Virus record (IMG/VR): IMGVR_UViG_3300020202_000088
Span: 1-54,754 of that record
Origin: a virus
Lineage: Duplodnaviria; Caudoviricetes
DNA: 54,754 nucleotides
Strand: one strand, 5' to 3'
Shown one piece after another: positions 19,327-28,352 of this stretch (position 1 is its first letter; every line of letters starts with the position of its first letter). The notes under the pieces are model-generated. The model ran no database searches, had not been told where the DNA came from, and worked only from the letters and a program-made list of their open reading frames with translations. Both the position numbers and the translations under genes were made by a program.

Positions 19327-19674
19327 GTGAGAAACGTAGTGCTTGCACTAGCAATTGTAGCGGCGCTGCCGGGCTGTGGCACTGAGCCGAGCGTTACCAC
19401 AAATGTGGTACCGCCCTATCAACCCGAAGCGATCGAGCCCGATGCACCTGGACCCGAGCCTACGGCAGAGCCGACGGCGTCCGTTGAGATGTGCGAGCTA
19501 CGCCTGGTGCTCCACTGCAAGTCGCCTAATACCAAAGGCGAGGTGACGCTGCGGTATGATAACTGTGGCGAGGCAGACCTGGCGCGCGAAGAGCTGCTCG
19601 CGCTAGGCTGGTTCTTCATGGATGGCCGCAAATGCAAATGGCAGGAGCACGATGATCAACCACAAACTGATTAA
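19327..19674 (+). CDS. Putative lipoprotein
   Basis: GGAGG RBS, GTG start, signal peptide ending in lipobox LPGC. Confidence 0.55.
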   Translation: MRNVVLALAIVAALPGCGTEPSVTTNVVPPYQPEAIEPDAPGPEPTAEPTASVEMCELRLVLHCKSPNTKGEVTLRYDNCGEADLAREELLALGWFFMDGRKCKWQEHDDQPQTD

Positions 19675-20880
19675 GCTGAAGGTGCCGCGAGGCCGCAGCG
19701 CGTATCACGCCGTGTGCCGCGCAGAGGGTCGCGAGATTCATCTGGTGCGAGACTGGCGCGATGTGGACTGCAAGCAGTGTTTGGCGCTGAAGCCCAAGAC
19801 AAGCAAGGCGAAGAAGTGAACGGCAATTCGTTTCTGCTCTTCGGCGGGGAGGTCTACTACCCGGGCGGCGGCTGGACCGACTACTGCGGAGAGTTCGCTT
19901 CGGTGGACGAAGCGTATGAGGCGGGGAAGCGCGACTTCGGGGGCAACATGGAGTGGTTCCACGTCGTTGACTTCAAGAAGCGCGTCATCGTCACGGTCGT
20001 CGAACCGGGGGCGAAGTATTGGGATACCGACGAGACAACGTGGAAAGTCCACAACGGCGGGGACCGGCTCTACATCGAGGAAGTTCTGAAGTGAACACCG
20101 CCTCTTTATCAGAGGCTATCAGAGCGGGTTCGGAGATTGTCTCCGAGTCATCGGAATCACGGGAGTTTTAAAACTGAACCATGGCCTCAGTTTTACTAGG
20201 TACAGCTACAAGTTTTTGTAGGTGGTGTTGAGCCTTGGCTGCAGACGAGCGTCCGGACCCGGCCTACTACTGCGAGCACTGCGGGCTGGTCTGGCCAGGC
20301 AAGCCGAGCCAGTGCCCAGCGTGCGGGCGTCCGATGAAGGAGATATAGAACATGTCTTCTTTCTGGGAATGGCTCTGTCGGAACTGCGGGCACCCAAATC
20401 CCGAGGCTCACGCGAAATGCTCGCGCTGCCATCGGCCGAAGTAGAACAGGATTTCTTTATGAACGACGACGCGGCACTGGCAGAGCTGGCGAAGGACATC
20501 ACGGGCTCGCTCCGCGACTACCTCCGGCTGAAGCGCCAAATCGACTCGCTCGACCGGACGCTAGCCTTGATTCATATCGAGGCGAGCCGGCACGAGGACG
20601 ACCTGGACTGGATTCACGTCCGCCGCCTAGCGCACGCGGCACTGTACCGACATTCATCGTCGGATGTTACGTCTTCGTAATGCGCTATCCCTTAGTAGGG
20701 ATATCAAGGGACAGCCTCGTTTTGAGATAGGGCCACAACTTCGCGAATTCTTTGCGGTGCTGCCCACAATACACACTTGCTAGTGTATTGATTAAGGCAT
20801 AGTCTGTACATTGACGCGCCGTGTATGCGTCGCTTGCCTTTTCTAAGGCGCCTGCTACCATATTCCGAGAGGGATAGTGC

Positions 20881-21264
20881 GTGGCACAAGGCGCTGACTC
20901 TAAAATCTTGGTGATCGAGGACGACCCCAGTATCCGCAAGGCGCTGGAGGACCTCCTGAGTACGGATTATGACGTCCACACGGCAGTGTCGGGCGAGGCC
21001 GCCGTGCGGGAGCTGGAAGGGGGGCTGAGGCCACGTGCCATCATCCTGGACCTTCGCTTGCCTGGCCTGAGCGGCGAGGACCTGCTTATACGCAAGCGCA
21101 CAGCCCCGTGGCGCTCGGTGCCGGTCATCGCCATCACCGCAATGTCGAATTGGCAGCAGCGCTACCCAGCTGTAGCCGCTGAGGCGGAGCATGTGCTCAT
21201 GAAGCCATTTGAGATGGAACGCCTGTTTGCTCTACTAGAGAGCCTAATTCGGCTCAGTGCCTAG
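20881..21264 (+). CDS. Stand-alone response regulator receiver domain (CheY-like)
   Basis: ILVIEDD, IILDLRLPGLSG (phospho-acceptor D), VIAITA and MKPF are all conserved. Confidence 0.9.
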   Translation: MAQGADSKILVIEDDPSIRKALEDLLSTDYDVHTAVSGEAAVRELEGGLRPRAIILDLRLPGLSGEDLLIRKRTAPWRSVPVIAITAMSNWQQRYPAVAAEAEHVLMKPFEMERLFALLESLIRLSA

Positions 21265-21512
21265 CGGCGCCGGTTCGCGAGCCACATCGCGAGCGCCTGC
21301 TCTACGCATTCACGCAGCGTGATCTTGTCGCGATCGCGCTGCTCTTCGACGCGGGAGATAAGACTCGCATCGATGTCGAGCGTCTTGCGGACAGAGACGT
21401 TGGGCTTCTTTACTAGCCAACCCTCCTCCTCAAGAAGCCGACGTGCGGCCTCTAAGTCCTCAGGGGACTTATTCTTTCCCATTACTTCAAAATAAACGAC
21501 CGAGTACCGCAT
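21261..21512 (-). CDS. Ribbon-helix-helix-like DNA-binding protein
   Basis: VRKTLDIDASLISRVEE...TLRECVEQAL matches the RHH pattern. Confidence 0.55.
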   Translation of the reverse strand: MRYSVVYFEVMGKNKSPEDLEAARRLLEEEGWLVKKPNVSVRKTLDIDASLISRVEEQRDRDKITLRECVEQALAMWLANRRR

Positions 21513-21702
21513 TGTCTATATTGGTGAGGCGCCTTGGTGTTAGGACCAAGGCAACCGTACCAGGTTACCGGGCCTTGGGCACCTGTATTGACATAGCCGT
21601 ACAGGTCTGCCAGACTAGTCTTATCAGGTAACGCAACTTGAACGTTTGCTCCTCTGGCGCTCGCATTACTGTGCTGGAACGTTACCTGCCGAAGGGAACC
21701 GA

Positions 21703-21903
21703 ATGATCACCGTGGTACGTTTGCAGAACGATCGCTATTACGTCCTCGACGAGCGTCACGCGCTCGCCATCCCCTGTACCCTCAAGGAGACGATCTCGTA
21801 CCTGCTCGAGGCAGGTGCGGGCTCCAAGACCGCAGAGGAGCTGCTCCTCGCCCTGCAGTGCCAAGTAGTTGACACTGCCTACGCCCCTGTACAGGGTCTC
21901 TGA
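21703..21903 (+). CDS. Hypothetical protein
   Basis: AAGGGA RBS and start MITVVRL. Confidence 0.5.
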   Translation: MITVVRLQNDRYYVLDERHALAIPCTLKETISYLLEAGAGSKTAEELLLALQCQVVDTAYAPVQGL

Positions 21904-21941
21904 AGCCCTGCGTCGCCAAAAAGTCCTGCAATATCAGGAAA

Positions 21942-21956
21942 CAGTGTAATACACTG
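21942..21956. promoter_or_regulatory. Palindromic operator-like site CAGTGTA-A-TACACTG
   Basis: Perfect 7-bp inverted repeat upstream of ORF 22011. Confidence 0.7.
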
Positions 21957-22010
21957 AATTATATTGCAGCGGCATGTATTATGCTCTATAAGCCAGCAAG
22001 GAGTCGTTGT

Positions 22011-22385
22011 ATGCTGAACTTGCTGACCGTGGAGGATATCATGTCGAAGCTCAAGTCCCCTGAGGACCTGCGAGACTTTGTGGTGGACCGCGTCAATAAG
22101 CGCGGGGCGAAAACAGTGGAAGAGGCCATCAAGGACATCACGGCCCAGCTCGAGAAGCTGGGCTACGTCTCCCCACGGACGGGGAGGCCGCTGTCCACGC
22201 ACAGCGTGCGCTCGGTGTACTTCCACGGGATCCCGCAGGAACGCACCAGCAAGCAGCATGAGATCACGATGACCGCGGAGCGGGCCCACATGCGGCTCGA
22301 GACGATTAAGAGCATCCTGGCAGGCAAGGAGCCCGACAGCCTCAAGGTCAAGCTGATCCAGGCGTTGCTGAATAGTCCGGCTTGA
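22011..22385 (+). CDS. Putative DNA-binding regulator
   Basis: Helical protein with LEKLGYVSPRTGRPLSTHSVRSVY, resembling a recombinase-type DNA-binding helix; flanked on both sides by the perfect palindromes. Confidence 0.5.
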   Translation: MLNLLTVEDIMSKLKSPEDLRDFVVDRVNKRGAKTVEEAIKDITAQLEKLGYVSPRTGRPLSTHSVRSVYFHGIPQERTSKQHEITMTAERAHMRLETIKSILAGKEPDSLKVKLIQALLNSPA

Positions 22386-22409
22386 CAGTGTAATACACTG
22401 TAGTATACT
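22382..22409 (+). promoter_or_regulatory. Sigma70-like promoter overlapped by the operator palindrome
   Basis: TTGACA-N16-TATACT with ACAGTGTAATACACTGT lying across the -35 box and spacer. Confidence 0.7.
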
Positions 22410-22415
22410 AGGGGG

Positions 22416-23399
22416 ATGCGAGTCGTCCTCCTCGATAAGACCTGTCCGAAGCCTTACGATACTCGGACCCTGGCCACCGAGGCCATGGGCGGCACCGAGG
22501 CAACCGTCGTGCGCGTTGCCGAAGCGCTCGCCGACCGCGGCCACGAAGTCATCGTGGCGCAGCACAACCGGCGCGAGCTAGGGGAGGGGAAGGCCGCCTA
22601 CGTCCCCTGGGAAGCGCTCGACCACATCCACCACACCCCCCACGCCGCTATCGCGCTCCGCGACCCCCGCATCCTCGCTGACATCAAGGACCGCTGGTCC
22701 ACGCGCAGCGTGCTCTGGTGCCACGACCTTAACCAGACCGACCTGGTGCGCGCGTCCGACCTCCTGAAGTCCGCGACCGTCGTCGCCGTCTCCAACTTCC
22801 ACGCCACCCAAATCAAGACCGCGTTGCTCTCACAGCTGCCCGAAGTGCCGAGCGGCTGCCTCCTGCGCACGATCTACAACCCTGTGGACCTCGAGCCCGA
22901 CGAGACGCCAGTCCTGCACCGCAAGCTCGTGTTCTTCTCGTCGCCGCACAAGGGGCTCGACCATGCTCTCTATCTCTTTGCTCGCCTTCGCGCAGTGGAT
23001 CCTACTTACACTCTGCATGTCGCTAACCCTGGTTACCTTCGAGCTTCTGTGGAAGCGTGGCCGGACGGCGTCCGCGACCTTGGCGCTATGCCTTGGAGCG
23101 GGGTTATCGCTCACGTGCGCAGCGCTCTCTGCGTTTTCCACCCCAACCTCGTCTTCCCCGAGACCTTCGGCCTCGTGCACGCAGAGGCTAACGCCGTAGG
23201 CACCCCGTGCCTCACGAGCTACCTGGGCGCCAATAGCGAGGTGCTGAACCCCGCGAGCCAGCAGATGCTCGACGTGCGCAACGAGAAGGCCGTCATTGAC
23301 CGCATCCTGAAGTGGGGCGAGGAGCGGCCTGTGGTGCGCGGCAAGCCCGAGTTCAAGATCGAGAACGTCATCAAGCAGTGGGAGGAGGTCCTGAAATGA
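22416..23399 (+). CDS. Glycosyltransferase (GT-B/GT4-like)
   Basis: MGGTEAT, VAVSNFH, SSPHKGL and ETFGLVHAEANAVGTP motifs. Confidence 0.9.
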   Translation: MRVVLLDKTCPKPYDTRTLATEAMGGTEATVVRVAEALADRGHEVIVAQHNRRELGEGKAAYVPWEALDHIHHTPHAAIALRDPRILADIKDRWSTRSVLWCHDLNQTDLVRASDLLKSATVVAVSNFHATQIKTALLSQLPEVPSGCLLRTIYNPVDLEPDETPVLHRKLVFFSSPHKGLDHALYLFARLRAVDPTYTLHVANPGYLRASVEAWPDGVRDLGAMPWSGVIAHVRSALCVFHPNLVFPETFGLVHAEANAVGTPCLTSYLGANSEVLNPASQQMLDVRNEKAVIDRILKWGEERPVVRGKPEFKIENVIKQWEEVLK

Positions 23400-23713
23400 G
23401 TGGTGGAACTAAGCACGACTCCGGCAAGGCGCCGCTGTCGATCATTCCTCGCGTGGCACTGGAGCTGGAGGCGCAGGTGTTCGCCTTCGGCGCGAAGAAG
23501 TACGCCCGCGACAACTACAAGAAGGGCTTCGCCCACACCCGCCTGCTCGACGCGGCCCTGCGGCACATTTACGCGCACATTGACGGCGAGGACACGGACC
23601 CTGAGAGCGGCCTGCCCCACCTGGCGCACGCGCGCTGCTGCCTGTCGATGCTGCTGGAGTGCCAGCGGCTCGGGACTGCAACTGACGACCGTTTCAAGAA
23701 GGAGGGCGCATGA
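23396..23713 (+). CDS. dATP/dGTP diphosphohydrolase-like (DUF5664)
   Basis: KHDSGK...FGAKKYARDNYKKG...AALRH...DPESGLPHLAHA signature. Confidence 0.85.
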   Translation: MSGGTKHDSGKAPLSIIPRVALELEAQVFAFGAKKYARDNYKKGFAHTRLLDAALRHIYAHIDGEDTDPESGLPHLAHARCCLSMLLECQRLGTATDDRFKKEGA

Positions 23714-24075
23714 ACGTTCTGAAGTCGGATCGAGTGACCGTGGTGGACGTGGACGACACGCTCGTGCTCTGGAACATCTCGGAGTTCCCGGTTGAGCGGC
23801 GCATCACGGTGGACTTCAAGAACGGCCCCGTGGACCTGGTGCCGCACGAGAAGAACATCAACACGCTGCTCAAGTTCTGGAAGCTCGGCTACACGATCAA
23901 CGTCTGGAGCGCGTCCGGCTGGGAGTGGGCGGAGACGATCGTCAAGGCGCTGGGTCTCGAGTCGATCGTGACCAACGTGGGCTCCAAGCCCCTCTACTAC
24001 TTCGACGACAAGCCCTGCGAGAGCTGGATGGGGCCACGCGTGTACCGCGACCCGAAGACCGGGACGGAGGGGTGA
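23710..24075 (+). CDS. HAD-family phosphatase
   Basis: VVDVDDTL motif I, WSASG, KP...FDD. Confidence 0.8.
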   Translation: MNVLKSDRVTVVDVDDTLVLWNISEFPVERRITVDFKNGPVDLVPHEKNINTLLKFWKLGYTINVWSASGWEWAETIVKALGLESIVTNVGSKPLYYFDDKPCESWMGPRVYRDPKTGTEG

Positions 24076-24374
24076 TGAAGATCCCTGGGCGCAAGAGCTA
24101 CCCGAAAGAGCTGCACATCAACGAGGAGACCTACACCATCAAGTGGGTGCAGGAGATTCCGGAGGGCCGCAAGAACGACGACACCGTCGGGCTCTGCGAT
24201 GGCGCAAGCCACACGATCTACATCAAGCGGGGGCTCACTAAGAGCCAGGCGTTCCGCACGCTGATCCATGAGGTGCTACACGCGCTCGAGTTCGAGTACG
24301 AGATCGATATCCCGCACAAGACCGTGCACCAGCTCGAGAAGGCGATCGGCGACCTGCTGATTGCGAATTTCTAA
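24075..24374 (+). CDS. Small HExxH metallopeptidase-like protein
   Basis: TLIHEVLHALE motif. Confidence 0.7.
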   Translation: MKIPGRKSYPKELHINEETYTIKWVQEIPEGRKNDDTVGLCDGASHTIYIKRGLTKSQAFRTLIHEVLHALEFEYEIDIPHKTVHQLEKAIGDLLIANF

Positions 24375-24421
24375 GGGCGGGCCGACCCGCGCCGCTACCC
24401 GCCCCGTAGTACCTGACTGTA

Positions 24422-24505
24422 CTAGCTCAGGTAGGCGATCAGGGCGTCAGCAACGCCCTTGACCAGCTGAAGCATCACAATGATGATGATCTTAGAAGAG
24501 GTCAT
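24422..24505 (-). CDS. 27-aa hydrophobic peptide, candidate type I toxin
   Basis: MTSSKIIIIVMLQLVKGVADALIAYLS*, AGGAAGG RBS and a structured leader. Confidence 0.45.
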   Translation of the reverse strand: MTSSKIIIIVMLQLVKGVADALIAYLS

Positions 24506-24528
24506 TTGGCTTTCCTTCCTGGACGGTC

Positions 24529-24580
24529 AAAAGACGAGTGGATGGGCCGGGTACTCGCAGTGCCTGGCCCTTCGTCTTTT
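24529..24580. terminator. Long hairpin / bidirectional terminator
   Basis: AAAAGACGA...GGGCCGGGTAC-loop-GTGCCTGGCCC...TCGTCTTTT. Confidence 0.6.
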
Positions 24581-24767
24581 CAGGCGCGGATCCGTGCGCC
24601 GTAGGAAGATGGTAGCCAAAGTTATGTAGGCTTGTCGAGCGAGCCACCACAAGAATTAGTGGGGCAACCGGCCTAATAACAGACGGTTATGGCGTACCTC
24701 GCTTATATTCGTTTAGGGCAAGCGGGCGGCCGTTGACGCTCCGCGCGTCTGGCAGTATTCTCCAAGC

Positions 24768-25103
24768 ATGCGCTACCTGGCCATCGTCCTCTGTACGGTA
24801 ACCGTGGGCTGCTCGACCGCTGCGAAGCGGGAGGCCGCATTCGACGAGAGTCTCAAATCCTGGTTCGGGCGCAGCATCACCGAGTACGTGGCCGAGAACG
24901 GTAACCCGACCCGCTCCCTGGAGCTTCCGGGGGGCATTCGGTCCTACGAGTGGCAGCACTACGGGGACGTTGAGACGACCGTGGGCCCGGCGTACGGCGG
25001 CTTCCGCCACGTCTCCTCAGAACAAAAATCCTGCCGCATCACCTTGCTCACTGAGGTGACGGGCAGGATTCGGGAAGCCAGCTATGAGGGGCACTGCTAC
25101 TAA
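24768..25103 (+). CDS. Lipoprotein, copy 1 (possible exclusion/surface factor)
   Basis: Signal peptide with lipobox TVGC; differs from 35680..36015 at only 2 residues. Confidence 0.75.
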   Translation: MRYLAIVLCTVTVGCSTAAKREAAFDESLKSWFGRSITEYVAENGNPTRSLELPGGIRSYEWQHYGDVETTVGPAYGGFRHVSSEQKSCRITLLTEVTGRIREASYEGHCY

Positions 25104-25140
25104 TTGGCGGGTCCCGTCATTATGCAGAGTGGGGTTACTG

Positions 25141-26364
25141 ATGTTCCGCAATTCAGAGGATACGACGATTTGGCAGGGGCTAGGACAAGCATTGGGTTGG
25201 ACTACGCCGGAGCATTTTCGTTCCGTCGAGCGTGAACTAGGTAAAGGCAAGCTACACGCGCAGTTCGAAAACGAACTGATTGGAGCTATTCATAAGAACA
25301 AGAAAAGGATTTTCGTTCTTGCCGAATGGGGGGCGGGCAAAACCTTTCAATCGCTACTCTTTAGGCAAGAGTATGCTGACCGATACGCTTTTGAGTATTT
25401 TTCATTCTTTGGAATCCAAAATCTCTCGAGTGCTTATGTCCATGCGATGGGATTCATAGCGCGACTAGTGACCTTATGTGCCGGAGTTTTATGTCTCGCA
25501 CTTGTGCTGTCTCGGTTCGCCGACGACCTGAGGACGGTCAAAGCAAGTCCTCTCGTATCGCTGACCGCGACCTTGTTTGTGGGATTTTTTGTTTACGGGA
25601 ACCGCTGGAGGCTCGCTTACGTATTGGTGAGCATTTCAAAGCTATGGATCGCAGTTCGAGGGAGCAGGCGAGTAGTCATACTAGATGATCTAGATCGTTC
25701 CTCGCTCAGTGATTCGGATCGGTGGGCTTTCCTATCAGACTTATGGACTGTCAATACACAGTACATCATCTTGCTGGGCTACCTGAATCCCGATGACCGG
25801 ATCCAGATTGCAGACATCGCAAAGAAACTGGATGGTGCAATCATTTTTCTTGGGTCAAGTCGGCGCGAGAAGTTCGCCGTCGTTCAACATCTCTGGCCTG
25901 ATTCTCCTTTCCAATGGTCAGAGACCGGCACTGTCTACCATTGGCTAGACCACTTCACGCCTCGCGATTTCATAGCGGCAGCAGACTATGTGAATCGAGT
26001 AACGGGGGGCCGGCTAGGCGAAGCAAGTAAGAAGCTAGTCGGCGCAGCATTCATTCATCATGAGCTACAGATGAAGATTGGGATTCCTCGCGATCAGTTG
26101 CAGTATGCGTCGCTGAAAACTGAAAACACTCATCTTGCCCGCGACACGGATGCACGAATGCTCGGCCCGAAGCACGAAATGGCAAGTCAGACGCTAGCTA
26201 GTTTCGCAGGGACTCTGCTGCCTGAGGTAGCTAAGACAGCCTGCGATCTTAGAATTCATATGAGTCAGCAGATCGAGCCATTTCGGAGCTGGAATTCCAG
26301 CTTCCTGGTTCCTAGTCTGATTTCCTTCGAACAAGCCTTGAAGCAGAAGTCCTCACCAAGCTGA
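25141..26364 (+). CDS. KAP-family P-loop NTPase-like membrane protein
   Basis: Walker A AEWGAGKT, two TM helices inserted before Walker B VVILDDLDR; visibly lower GC than its flanks. Confidence 0.7.
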   Translation: MFRNSEDTTIWQGLGQALGWTTPEHFRSVERELGKGKLHAQFENELIGAIHKNKKRIFVLAEWGAGKTFQSLLFRQEYADRYAFEYFSFFGIQNLSSAYVHAMGFIARLVTLCAGVLCLALVLSRFADDLRTVKASPLVSLTATLFVGFFVYGNRWRLAYVLVSISKLWIAVRGSRRVVILDDLDRSSLSDSDRWAFLSDLWTVNTQYIILLGYLNPDDRIQIADIAKKLDGAIIFLGSSRREKFAVVQHLWPDSPFQWSETGTVYHWLDHFTPRDFIAAADYVNRVTGGRLGEASKKLVGAAFIHHELQMKIGIPRDQLQYASLKTENTHLARDTDARMLGPKHEMASQTLASFAGTLLPEVAKTACDLRIHMSQQIEPFRSWNSSFLVPSLISFEQALKQKSSPS

Positions 26365-26520
26365 GCCAGCCCGGGTTTGTGTCACATCTGTGTAACACCA
26401 TAGACGCGAAACGCCCGGTTATGCGCCGCATTCGACAGTAGTCTCGAACGCAGGTAACTGCTCGCGTTTATTTGATTTGTTGAGTGATGTCCGACGACTA
26501 CGTTTTTGCGGTAAGGCGAA

Positions 26521-26565
26521 TTGACACGGTAGGGGTCGCTGGTTCAATCCCAGTCGAGCCAACCA
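26521..26565 (+). other. Satellite attP: 3' half of tRNA-Val(GAC)
   Basis: TTGACAC anticodon loop, GGTAG stem strand, T arm GCTGG-TTCAATC-CCAGT, acceptor strand plus ACCA; the 5' half is absent. Confidence 0.9.
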
Positions 26566-26576
26566 TTTAGAACTCG

Positions 26577-26620
26577 AAGCCCTTCAAGACCTTACAACGG
26601 AACCTTGAGGGGCTTTTTCT
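26577..26620 (+). terminator. Intrinsic terminator after the tRNA fragment
   Basis: AAGCCCTTCAAG...CTTGAGGGGCTT followed by a T tract. Confidence 0.65.
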
Positions 26621-27792
26621 TTGGTGCGAAGCGACAATTCGGCGTTTGTGTCACGTTTGGGCAACACCTCCACCCGCTTTCCACCGTCGACCACGGTCAG
26701 ACCGCTCGCTGCCCCGTGGTCTACCAGCCCTCTGGCCCGCTCGTTCATCGCGAGCGAGAAGTGCGAGTAGCGTTCGGTCAGGCGCATGCTCTGATGCCCT
26801 AGCAGCTTCTGCAGGTCATAGAGATGCCCCCCGCCTTCCAGGAAGTGGACTGCGAAGGTGTGCCTGAGGTCATGGATCCTGACCCCCCGCACTCCAGCTC
26901 CCTTCAGTGCTTTGATAAAGCGCTTACGGAACTTGGTGGGGTGTCGGCACTCCGACCAGGCACCCCAGAATAGAGGGCCTTCAGGGTCCCGGCCTCGGGC
27001 GAGGCTCGCAACGAACTCGCTCATACCTGGCCCAAGCGGCAGCATGCGCGACCGCTTGCCCTTCGTGCGGTTCTGAACCTGCTGGCTCAGCTTGCAGTAG
27101 GTGCGGCTGATCTGCAGATAGAACCCGCTGCTGCCTCGGATCAGGTCCCGGGGCCTCAGGGCCGCCATCTCACCGAAGCGGATGCCTGTATTCAACAGCG
27201 TCCGCACCATCGGGTAGAGCCACGGGTCATGCGCTTGAAGCCATGTGAGCAGGCGAGCCGCCTCCTCCTGTGTGAGGTACTGGATGGCCTCCTGCTTCGC
27301 GAAGTCGGCCTCAGGCAGTTTCCGGATGCCTGTGACAGGGTTGAACGGGATGAGTTCCCAATGCACCGCCTGCGAGAGCATGCAGCCCAGAATCTGCCGG
27401 GTGCGGTTGACCCGCCCATTGCTGATGCCGAGCTGCCCTGACAAGAGGCTCAAGACACCTCGGATATCTCGTGCCGTGAGGCTCGCCAACTTGCGCTGTC
27501 CTAGGTAGGGAGCGAGATACATCCCATAAGTGCGGCCCTCCATCAGCCGAGTACCCGGAGTCTGCCGGTACTGTGCGTACTCCTTCTCGAAGCGTTCCCT
27601 GAGCTGATCTAGCGTCAGGTCTTCACCGGCAGTCGCAAGGGGGGCCAGGTCTCCCGCATCGCGCTTCGCGAGCATCTCCCGCTCCCAGCGTTCCGCGTCG
27701 ACCTTGCGCGCGAATGACTTGCTGAACTGCTTTCTGTGTATTCGAATGATTGCCCGATATGGCTTCTTTCGATTCGTAACGATGATTGCCAC
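26584..27792 (-). CDS. int: Tyrosine integrase (satellite)
   Basis: TGIRFGE, HDLRHTFA, LLGH and TERY catalytic motifs. Confidence 0.95.
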   Translation of the reverse strand: MAIIVTNRKKPYRAIIRIHRKQFSKSFARKVDAERWEREMLAKRDAGDLAPLATAGEDLTLDQLRERFEKEYAQYRQTPGTRLMEGRTYGMYLAPYLGQRKLASLTARDIRGVLSLLSGQLGISNGRVNRTRQILGCMLSQAVHWELIPFNPVTGIRKLPEADFAKQEAIQYLTQEEAARLLTWLQAHDPWLYPMVRTLLNTGIRFGEMAALRPRDLIRGSSGFYLQISRTYCKLSQQVQNRTKGKRSRMLPLGPGMSEFVASLARGRDPEGPLFWGAWSECRHPTKFRKRFIKALKGAGVRGVRIHDLRHTFAVHFLEGGGHLYDLQKLLGHQSMRLTERYSHFSLAMNERARGLVDHGAASGLTVVDGGKRVEVLPKRDTNAELSLRTKEKAPQGSVVRS

Positions 27793-27795
27793 TGG

Positions 27796-28212
27796 TCACG
27801 TCCTTTCAGATGCAGGCAGTGTCCAGCGTTCGATTGTATCGGGGCAGAAGCGCAGGGCCGCGCCCACCTTGCGGTAGGGGATTGCGCGCCGGTATACCCA
27901 GTCACGCACGGTCCTCTCGCTCACGCTCAGATACCCGGCTACCTCGACTACGGTCCATAACGGGCGTTTCGCGTGCTTGGTTGTCAAAGAGCGAAGCGCC
28001 TTTGTAGCGCCCGCACTCTGTGGGTTCAACGCCTCAGTGTCGGGGAAGGGGATAAAGGGGCAGGCGGCGGCCTGCTCACCTGCCACTCGAACGTGCGTAC
28101 TCATCGAAGAACTCCCGGAACGTGGTGCGACCTCCTCAGCTTTGAGGAAGGAGCGTGGCCGCGAGTCCATCGCGACCGCTTGCCCAGGGCAGTCTCGGAA
28201 TGACTGGGCCAC
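27796..28212 (-). CDS. xis: Excisionase / HTH_17-like protein (true start probably downstream)
   Basis: LWTVVEVAGYLSVSERTVRDWV...IPYRKVGAALRF. Confidence 0.8.
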   Translation of the reverse strand: MAQSFRDCPGQAVAMDSRPRSFLKAEEVAPRSGSSSMSTHVRVAGEQAAACPFIPFPDTEALNPQSAGATKALRSLTTKHAKRPLWTVVEVAGYLSVSERTVRDWVYRRAIPYRKVGAALRFCPDTIERWTLPASERT

Positions 28213-28352
28213 TTCGTCCGGGGATAGGCGCTGGATCAGTGGGGCAGAGTTGATTCCCTGTCAGTCTGCCCAATTCTCGCGGCACGCCCAGTAATTGCCT
28301 CTATTCTACCGTATCCGAGCGTGCGTCTCTAGTTGTGGCAAGCGAGACACGG

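Larger units (their letters stand above)
26375..26668 (+). repeat. Candidate integrase arm-type sites flanking the satellite attP
   Basis: GTTTGTGTCACATCTGTGTAACACC (26375-26399) and GTTTGTGTCACGTTTGGGCAACACC (26644-26668). Confidence 0.6.

Noticed and set aside
23396-24075. Z-genome (2-aminoadenine) or other base-substitution pathway
   Set aside because: A DUF5664-like hydrolase and a HAD phosphatase are present, but I recognised no PurZ or 7-deazaguanine synthesis genes.
26521-26565. Functional tRNA-Val gene
   Set aside because: Only the 3' half from the anticodon loop is present, next to an integrase, so it is an attP core.
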